Positions 58,251 through 64,000 of a stretch of 64,000 bases of DNA are shown piece by piece (position 1 is the first letter of the stretch; every line of letters starts with the position of its first letter). Source of the stretch: Clostridia bacterium (lineage in GTDB: Bacteria > Bacillota > Clostridia > JAAYHZ01). Where the stretch lies: positions 224,001 through 288,000 of the forward strand of contig JBMNIH010000004.1 in assembly GCA_050950825.1 (NCBI GenBank), given 5' to 3'. The notes beneath the pieces are model-generated. The model saw nothing but the letters and a program-made list of their open reading frames with translations, was not told the origin of the DNA and ran no database searches. A program made the translations under genes and the position numbers.

Positions 58251-58838
58251 ATGAATGCGGAAGAAATTTTGGCAAAACTGAAAAGCATACTGCCTGAAAA
58301 AAGATTTCGACATACCTTGGGTGTAACGGATACGGCGTTAAAGCTGGCACGAATCTACTCTGCAGATAAGGAAAGGGTTTTTTTGGCGTCATTGCTGCAT
58401 GACTGTGCAAAGCACATGACCGACGAGGAAATGATCGAATTTCTGAATAAAAGAAATATAGAGGCGGACCCCGTTATGAAGGCAATCGGGGGAAACGTGC
58501 TGCATGCTTTGGTCGCCCGATACTTGGCGCAAGAAGAGTACGGCATCGAGGATCCGGAAATACTGTCGGCCATCGAGTGCCATACGTTGGGAAAGGTCGG
58601 AATGACCTTGACGGAAAAAATCGTGTTTATCAGCGATTACATAGAACCCGGCCGAAAATTCGAAGGAGTGGAAGTGCTGCAGAAGCTGGCGCCGAAGAAT
58701 TTGGATGAAGCGGTCGTTGCCGCAATTCGTTCCACTCTCATGTATTTATTATCCGAAAATCGTCTGATTCATCCGAGGCTTTTGGAGACAAGAAACGATT
58801 TTTTAATAAAAAAGGCTTCGGAGGAAAAGGAGATGTAA
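58251..58838 (+). CDS. yqeK: HD-domain Ap4A hydrolase YqeK
   Basis: RFRHTLGV, LLHDCAK, HT, DYIEPGR; position after nadD. Confidence 0.88.
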   Translation: MNAEEILAKLKSILPEKRFRHTLGVTDTALKLARIYSADKERVFLASLLHDCAKHMTDEEMIEFLNKRNIEADPVMKAIGGNVLHALVARYLAQEEYGIEDPEILSAIECHTLGKVGMTLTEKIVFISDYIEPGRKFEGVEVLQKLAPKNLDEAVVAAIRSTLMYLLSENRLIHPRLLETRNDFLIKKASEEKEM

Positions 58839-58977
58839 TCTTCTCTTCGCTTTTTGATTCATTCAAAATACAAATTAACCGTTTATAGCCGGCGGGTTTG
58901 TGGTATAATAAGGCAACATGGAAATATTGCTTTATGCCCGTGTTTTACAAATATTATGTTAGAAGGAGCAGAAAGTT

Positions 58978-59340
58978 TTGAACGAAAAAGAATTAGCCAA
59001 TAAAATAACGCAGGTTCTCGTAGATAAAAAGGGTGTCGATATCGTTCAGATCCATGTAGGAAACCTGACCACTTTGACGGACTATTTTATCATTGTCACC
59101 GGAACGTCGGACCGCCATATGCAAACATTGGCGGAAAGCGTGGAAGAAGAACTGCAAAAGGAAGGCATTCTTCCGCGGCCAAGCGAAGACCGAAAGAATA
59201 AAAGCTGGATTTTGTTGGACTACGGCGACGTGGTTTTAAACGTATTTGACGAAGAATCCCGTCGTATGTACAATCTTGAGCGGCTCTGGGCGGACGGCGA
59301 TATTCTTCGAATTGAAGAATTGATTCGAAAACACGAATAA
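58978..59340 (+). CDS. rsfS: Ribosome silencing factor
   Basis: DKKG.DI, DYFII, WILLDYGDVV, YNLERLW. Confidence 0.92.
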   Translation: MNEKELANKITQVLVDKKGVDIVQIHVGNLTTLTDYFIIVTGTSDRHMQTLAESVEEELQKEGILPRPSEDRKNKSWILLDYGDVVLNVFDEESRRMYNLERLWADGDILRIEELIRKHE

Positions 59341-59390
59341 GATATTTTTGAGCATAGACATACGAAATTTATGACCGAGGTGTATATATA

Positions 59391-61829
59391 ATGGCGTACT
59401 CTGTTGAGACCGATAGGAAATGGCAAAAGATTTGGGAAGAGAAAAAATTGTATAAATTCAATCGAGACAATATCGATAAAAAGCTTTATTGTCTTGAAAT
59501 GTTTTCATACCCGTCGGGAGCGAAGCTTCATGTAGGGCATTGGTATAATTTCGGGCTAACCGATTCATGGGCTCGAATGAAGAGGCTTCAAGGTTACGAA
59601 ATATTCCAGCCTATGGGATTTGATGCTTTCGGACTTCCTGCCGAAAACTATGCTATAAAAACCGGAATTCATCCGAAGGATTCCACAATGAAGAATATCG
59701 AGACCATGGAAGACCAACTGAGAAGAATGGGCGCCATGTTCGATTGGGATTATGAGGTCAAAACATGCGAACCGGAATACTATAAATGGACCCAATGGTT
59801 GTTTTTAAAGTTATATGAAAAAGGCTTGGCATATAGAAAGAACGCTCCCGTGAACTGGTGCGATTCTTGTATGACGGTGTTGGCCAACGAGCAGGTTATT
59901 GACGGTCGCTGCGAACGCTGCGACAGCGAAGTTATTCGAAGGGATTTAACCCAGTGGTTCTTTAAGATTACGGAATATGCCGATGAGCTTTTGGATATGC
60001 TGCCTTCGCTGGATTGGCCGGAAAAAACCAAGAAAATTCAAACCAACTGGATCGGAAGGTCGAGGGGAGCAAAGATTCGTTTCCAAGTTGCGGATTCCGA
60101 TTTATCCTTCGACGTATTTACTACCCGTGCCGATACCTTGTGCGGAGTAACTTACGTGGTGTTGGCTCCGGAAAATCCTTTGGTTGACAAGATTACAACG
60201 GAAGAGTACAGAGACGGAGTAGAACAATACCGTATCATAACGGCAAAGATTACCGAAATCGATCGTTTGTCGACGGTGAAGGAAAAGACCGGCGTGTTCA
60301 CCGGTGCATATGCGGTTCATCCCTTGACCGGTGAAAAGGTTCCCATTTGGATCGCCGATTATGTATTGGCTTCCTACGGCACCGGTTGCGTTATGGCGGT
60401 TCCCGCTCATGACGAAAGAGACTACGAATTTGCTACCAAATTCGGACTTCCCATAAAACGAGTTATCAAAGGAGCACAGGGGCAGGATGACAGCCTTCCC
60501 TTTGTAGAGGACGGTACTTTGGTAAACTCCGATAAATACGACGAATTGACTTCCGAACAGGCCCGAGAAGCCATCGTTCTCGATCTGAAGAAGGAATCGA
60601 AGGGGGAAGAAACGGTCAATTACCGTTTGAGAGACTGGCTGGTGTCCCGTCAGCGCTACTGGGGGGCTCCCATTCCCATCATATACTGCGATGACTGCGG
60701 CGTAGTGCCGGTACCTGAAAAAGATCTGCCGGTAGAGCTTCCTTACAACGTGGAATTTACTCCGGACGGAAAGTCTCCCTTGTCCAAGTCCGAAGAATTT
60801 ATGAATACAACTTGTCCGAAATGCGGAAAGCCCGCAAGAAGAGATCCGGACACATTGGATACCTTCGTCTGCTCGTCCTGGTATTATCTGCGATACCCGG
60901 ATAACAAGAACGACAAAGAACCCTTCGATAAAGAATGGATTAACAAGATGCTGCCCGTGGATAAATATGTAGGCGGTGCCGAGCATGCGGCCATGCATTT
61001 GCTGTATGCCCGCTTTATTACGAAGTTTTTAAGGGATATCGGCTACTTGAATTTCGATGAGCCGTTCTTGTCCTTGGTCCATCAAGGACAGATCTTAGGC
61101 CGAGACGGGTTTAAGATGAGCAAGTCTCGAGGAAACACCATTTCTCCGGACGATTACATCAACGAACACGGTTCCGACGTATTCCGTTTGTATTTGGCAT
61201 TCGGTTTTGCCTATACCGAAGGCGGTCCTTGGAGCGACGAAGGAATCAAAGCCATTGTGCGTTTTGTAAACCGTTTGGAAAGATTGGTTGAAAACCTTAC
61301 GGCTATGGAAGAAAAGAAGAACAACCCGGTAAAGGAAGACGCCGAATTGATTTACGTTCTGCATAACACCATTAAATCCGTTACCGAGGATGCGGAAGTA
61401 TTCCAGTTCAACACATCCATCGCACGTATTATGGAGCTTTTAAACGCTTTGTACAAATACGAAGCCAATCCGGAAGGCATCAATTATGCCTTGTATAAAG
61501 AAGCGATTGAAAAAATGCTCGTACTGCTTTCGCCTTTCGCTCCTCACTTTACCGAAGAAATGTGGGAGAAAATCGGTCATACCGATTCCATTTTCAACGA
61601 AAAGTGGCCTGAATACGATGAAAAAGCGTTGGTGAAGAACGAGATCGAAATCGCCGTTCAAATCAACGGTAAAGTAAGAGGAAGGGTCATGGTAGACTCC
61701 TCCTTGGGCAAAGAAGAAATGGAAAAAGCTTTAATGAAAGACGAAGCCGTCCTGTCCTTGATCGGAGATAAAACCCCGGTGAAGGTGATTACCGTTCCCG
61801 GCAAGTTGATTAATATTGTTGTAAAATAA
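59391..61829 (+). CDS. leuS: Leucine--tRNA ligase
   Basis: [31 protein letters not shown]. Confidence 0.96.
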   Translation: MAYSVETDRKWQKIWEEKKLYKFNRDNIDKKLYCLEMFSYPSGAKLHVGHWYNFGLTDSWARMKRLQGYEIFQPMGFDAFGLPAENYAIKTGIHPKDSTMKNIETMEDQLRRMGAMFDWDYEVKTCEPEYYKWTQWLFLKLYEKGLAYRKNAPVNWCDSCMTVLANEQVIDGRCERCDSEVIRRDLTQWFFKITEYADELLDMLPSLDWPEKTKKIQTNWIGRSRGAKIRFQVADSDLSFDVFTTRADTLCGVTYVVLAPENPLVDKITTEEYRDGVEQYRIITAKITEIDRLSTVKEKTGVFTGAYAVHPLTGEKVPIWIADYVLASYGTGCVMAVPAHDERDYEFATKFGLPIKRVIKGAQGQDDSLPFVEDGTLVNSDKYDELTSEQAREAIVLDLKKESKGEETVNYRLRDWLVSRQRYWGAPIPIIYCDDCGVVPVPEKDLPVELPYNVEFTPDGKSPLSKSEEFMNTTCPKCGKPARRDPDTLDTFVCSSWYYLRYPDNKNDKEPFDKEWINKMLPVDKYVGGAEHAAMHLLYARFITKFLRDIGYLNFDEPFLSLVHQGQILGRDGFKMSKSRGNTISPDDYINEHGSDVFRLYLAFGFAYTEGGPWSDEGIKAIVRFVNRLERLVENLTAMEEKKNNPVKEDAELIYVLHNTIKSVTEDAEVFQFNTSIARIMELLNALYKYEANPEGINYALYKEAIEKMLVLLSPFAPHFTEEMWEKIGHTDSIFNEKWPEYDEKALVKNEIEIAVQINGKVRGRVMVDSSLGKEEMEKALMKDEAVLSLIGDKTPVKVITVPGKLINIVVK

Positions 61830-61844
61830 AGAATTATTCATATT

Positions 61845-61876
61845 AAAAAAGAGCGATTGATTTCGCTCTTTTTTTT
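61845..61876. terminator. Bidirectional intrinsic terminator
   Basis: AAAAAAGAGCGA / TCGCTCTTTTTTTT. Confidence 0.85.
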
Positions 61877-61955
61877 ACTTATTTTCCATGTATTCTTTGT
61901 TAGAAACTCTCCAAACACTTTAAGAAACGACGCAAGCTTTATTTTAGCTTATATA

Positions 61956-62093
61956 TTACCGAAAGGCCTTTTTATTCTCGATTCGTAAGGCTTCTTCTTT
62001 TGCATTTTCGATGCCTATTTGCTTCCCGTTATCATCGATACCGAACAGGATGGTTTCGTCGGTATAATTGGCATAAGCACAAACGGTTTTTAT
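61956..62093 (-). pseudogene. Fragment of an AlbA_2/Schlafen-domain protein
   Basis: Translates as IKTVCAYANYTDETILFGIDDNGKQIGIENAKEEALRIENK, fitting the (S/C)AxAN..G.I.FG[IV]xD motif; no start codon or RBS. Confidence 0.55.
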
Positions 62094-62129
62094 CGTTGCA
62101 CATTGACGTGCCGTGAATGTGCGGTATGT

Positions 62130-62816
62130 TCATTCAACGGTGATAAGGTTTCGTATTTGGCTGAATTTGTTTTCCTTAATGCCGGGGACGTTCATGATAT
62201 CCTCGATTTTTTGAAAAGGTCCGTTTTTTCTACGGTATTCGACGATGGCGTTGGCCGTTGAAGGGCCGATCCCGGGGAGAGTAGCCAGTTGGTTTGCATT
62301 TGCCGTGTTGATGTTAATTCGCTTGTACGACTCTTCGGAGGATTCATGACCGTCTTGTCCCGCTATAACGCCGCCGTCTCCGTCGATGATTTCCAATCCC
62401 GAAGGCATGCTTTCTCCGTCCGTTTCATGGATGGATTTGATGCGTAAGGTGACGTTTTCGTACAATTTGAACACCAAATTGATATTCTTGTTCGCATCCT
62501 CCGTAAACCCTCCGGCTAATACAATGGCATCGTAAATAATTTGGCCTTCTTCGAGTTCGTAGATACCCGGATTTTTTACGCATCCGGTGACATAAACCTT
62601 GATTGTTTTTTTGAGCGCGGTTTCTTCCTGTACATTATCCGAACCATCCGGTTCCGTCTCGTTTTCTAACGGATCTTCGAAATCTTCAATTTGAAAAGTC
62701 GTTGAAACGGACATGATGTATCCGATGGCGGAAAAGAATAGGATCAATGCAGCCGTAAGGAAGATGACGGTCTTTTTTCTCATTTGTATCTTCTTGCCTA
62801 CGATATTGATTTTCAT
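62130..62816 (-). CDS. comEA: Competence DNA receptor ComEA (SLBB + helix-hairpin-helix)
   Basis: TM, VYVTGCVKNPGIY, ININTA...LPGIGP, VPGI. Confidence 0.88.
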   Translation of the reverse strand: MKINIVGKKIQMRKKTVIFLTAALILFFSAIGYIMSVSTTFQIEDFEDPLENETEPDGSDNVQEETALKKTIKVYVTGCVKNPGIYELEEGQIIYDAIVLAGGFTEDANKNINLVFKLYENVTLRIKSIHETDGESMPSGLEIIDGDGGVIAGQDGHESSEESYKRININTANANQLATLPGIGPSTANAIVEYRRKNGPFQKIEDIMNVPGIKENKFSQIRNLITVE

Positions 62817-63036
62817 CCTCTTTTTTTCCTCTTTCGTTATACGGAAAGGATAACACAGGAGGTAAGATCAAACAATCCCGGACGTCAAGAACGGACATTA
62901 TAACAGAAAAAACGAAAAAATTCGACATGAGAATCCGGCTTCGTTATACGGGTAAAACATTGAATTAATATAAATCGTTTTTCGTCTGTTTGGTATAATT
63001 GAGAGGTAAGAAATCTGATTTTTAGAGGAGACTTTT

Positions 63037-64000
63037 ATGTACGAGTTGGATATCGAGCAATTTTGGGCGGATGACGAATTGGCACACAAAGACAATTGCT
63101 TTTATAAAGATGCTCCCCAAGTGGCTTTAGGCATTCGAATGAGCGACGAATGCGTTTTTGCCGAACTGGACGTTCCGGGAGATCCTTGGGGAGATCTTGA
63201 TCCTTTATTAAGAGCCCGATACAACAAGATGTACAACGATAAAGCCGAAAAAATCGTAGGGCGAAGGCTGCTCAGTGAAAAAATCCCGAACCCGGATGCC
63301 GCCTTTCCTTACGTCAAAAGGATCGGAGAGATCTTCGGAGGCACTTACATACGGGGAGAATACACAAGCGAATGGCTTGTAAGCGACATCAAAACCTACG
63401 ACCTGCTGGAAAAAAGGCTGGATTATATTGACCGTATGGATTTGGCGGATTTTATGCTTCCTCCCAATTGGGAAGCCAAAAAGAATAGAATTTACGAAAA
63501 ATACGGAATACTGCCCGATCCGATTAATGCTATCCGCGGTCCGGTAACCTTGGCTTGCTCCATCGTAGGCGAAGAAAATCTCATCTTTATGTATTACGAT
63601 GCCCGCGAGCTTTTTGAAAGATTCGGTAAAACCATCGGTGACGTTATTATCGGTATGATCGATGTAATGAATAACGAAAGAGGAGCTAAAGCGCCCGTAA
63701 GCCGGGGATTTTCCTTTTACGACGACAACTGCGTACTGCTTACTCCCGAGATGTATGAAGTATTCGGTTATCCGATTTTAAAAAGAGTATTCGACTACAC
63801 GGCTCCCGGGGAAAGGGATCGCAGATACCAGCATTCCGATTCCGCCATGGAGCATCTTTTGCCCGTTTTGGCTCGCTTAAATTTAACCGGATGCAACTTC
63901 GGACCTACCGTTACGGTAGACAAGATACGAAGGTACATGCCGAAAACCCGAATCGACGGATGTTTGTCTCCTTTGACTTTTATGAGAAACAACCCGGATG
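63037..64000 (+). CDS. Uroporphyrinogen decarboxylase-like (URO-D/MtaA) family protein, 3'-truncated by window edge
   Basis: RBS GAGGAG, ATG 63037, frame open to the window end; RGPVTLA, DD.C..LTPEMYEVF, HSD. Confidence 0.65.
   Translation, partial: MYELDIEQFWADDELAHKDNCFYKDAPQVALGIRMSDECVFAELDVPGDPWGDLDPLLRARYNKMYNDKAEKIVGRRLLSEKIPNPDAAFPYVKRIGEIFGGTYIRGEYTSEWLVSDIKTYDLLEKRLDYIDRMDLADFMLPPNWEAKKNRIYEKYGILPDPINAIRGPVTLACSIVGEENLIFMYYDARELFERFGKTIGDVIIGMIDVMNNERGAKAPVSRGFSFYDDNCVLLTPEMYEVFGYPILKRVFDYTAPGERDRRYQHSDSAMEHLLPVLARLNLTGCNFGPTVTVDKIRRYMPKTRIDGCLSPLTFMRNNPD

Noticed and set aside
60102-60998. 298-aa antisense ORF (likewise 45448-46278)
   Set aside because: Shadow frames opposite well-conserved genes, with no recognisable motifs

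Overview
64-kb chromosomal segment of an endospore-forming Clostridia bacterium (spoVT, ytxC; 16S signatures suggest Oscillospiraceae/Acetivibrio-like relatives; GC-rich rRNA stems hint at a thermophile). Most of it is housekeeping DNA on the + strand: methionine synthesis, three tRNAs, rpsF-ssb-rpsR, rplI-dnaB-tilS-hpt-ftsH-spoVT, a full 16S-23S-5S operon, fumarase/icd, purE-M-N-D, nadD-yqeK-rsfS-leuS and comEA. The accessory signals of most interest are: (1) a 2.37-kb element (41521-43886) coupling a tyrosine recombinase to an IS91-type HUH/Y2 transposase, bounded by a perfect 15-bp inverted repeat and abutting a ~105-nt bulged hairpin; (2) a ~400-bp non-autonomous element (13271-13672) with ends resembling the IS1182 copy at 46934-48728, carrying an AbiEi antitoxin fragment and an orphan structured non-coding segment that may be an IS110 end; (3) a candidate sRNA at 12142-12254; (4) a truncated pseudokinase-PASTA-LRR protein, two paralogous stalked CE4-like deacetylases and a triple-repeat secreted protein; (5) an AraC-linked aminotransferase/dehydrogenase/phosphoesterase cluster. 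No CRISPR array was seen. All family assignments come from motif recognition by eye, not database searches.
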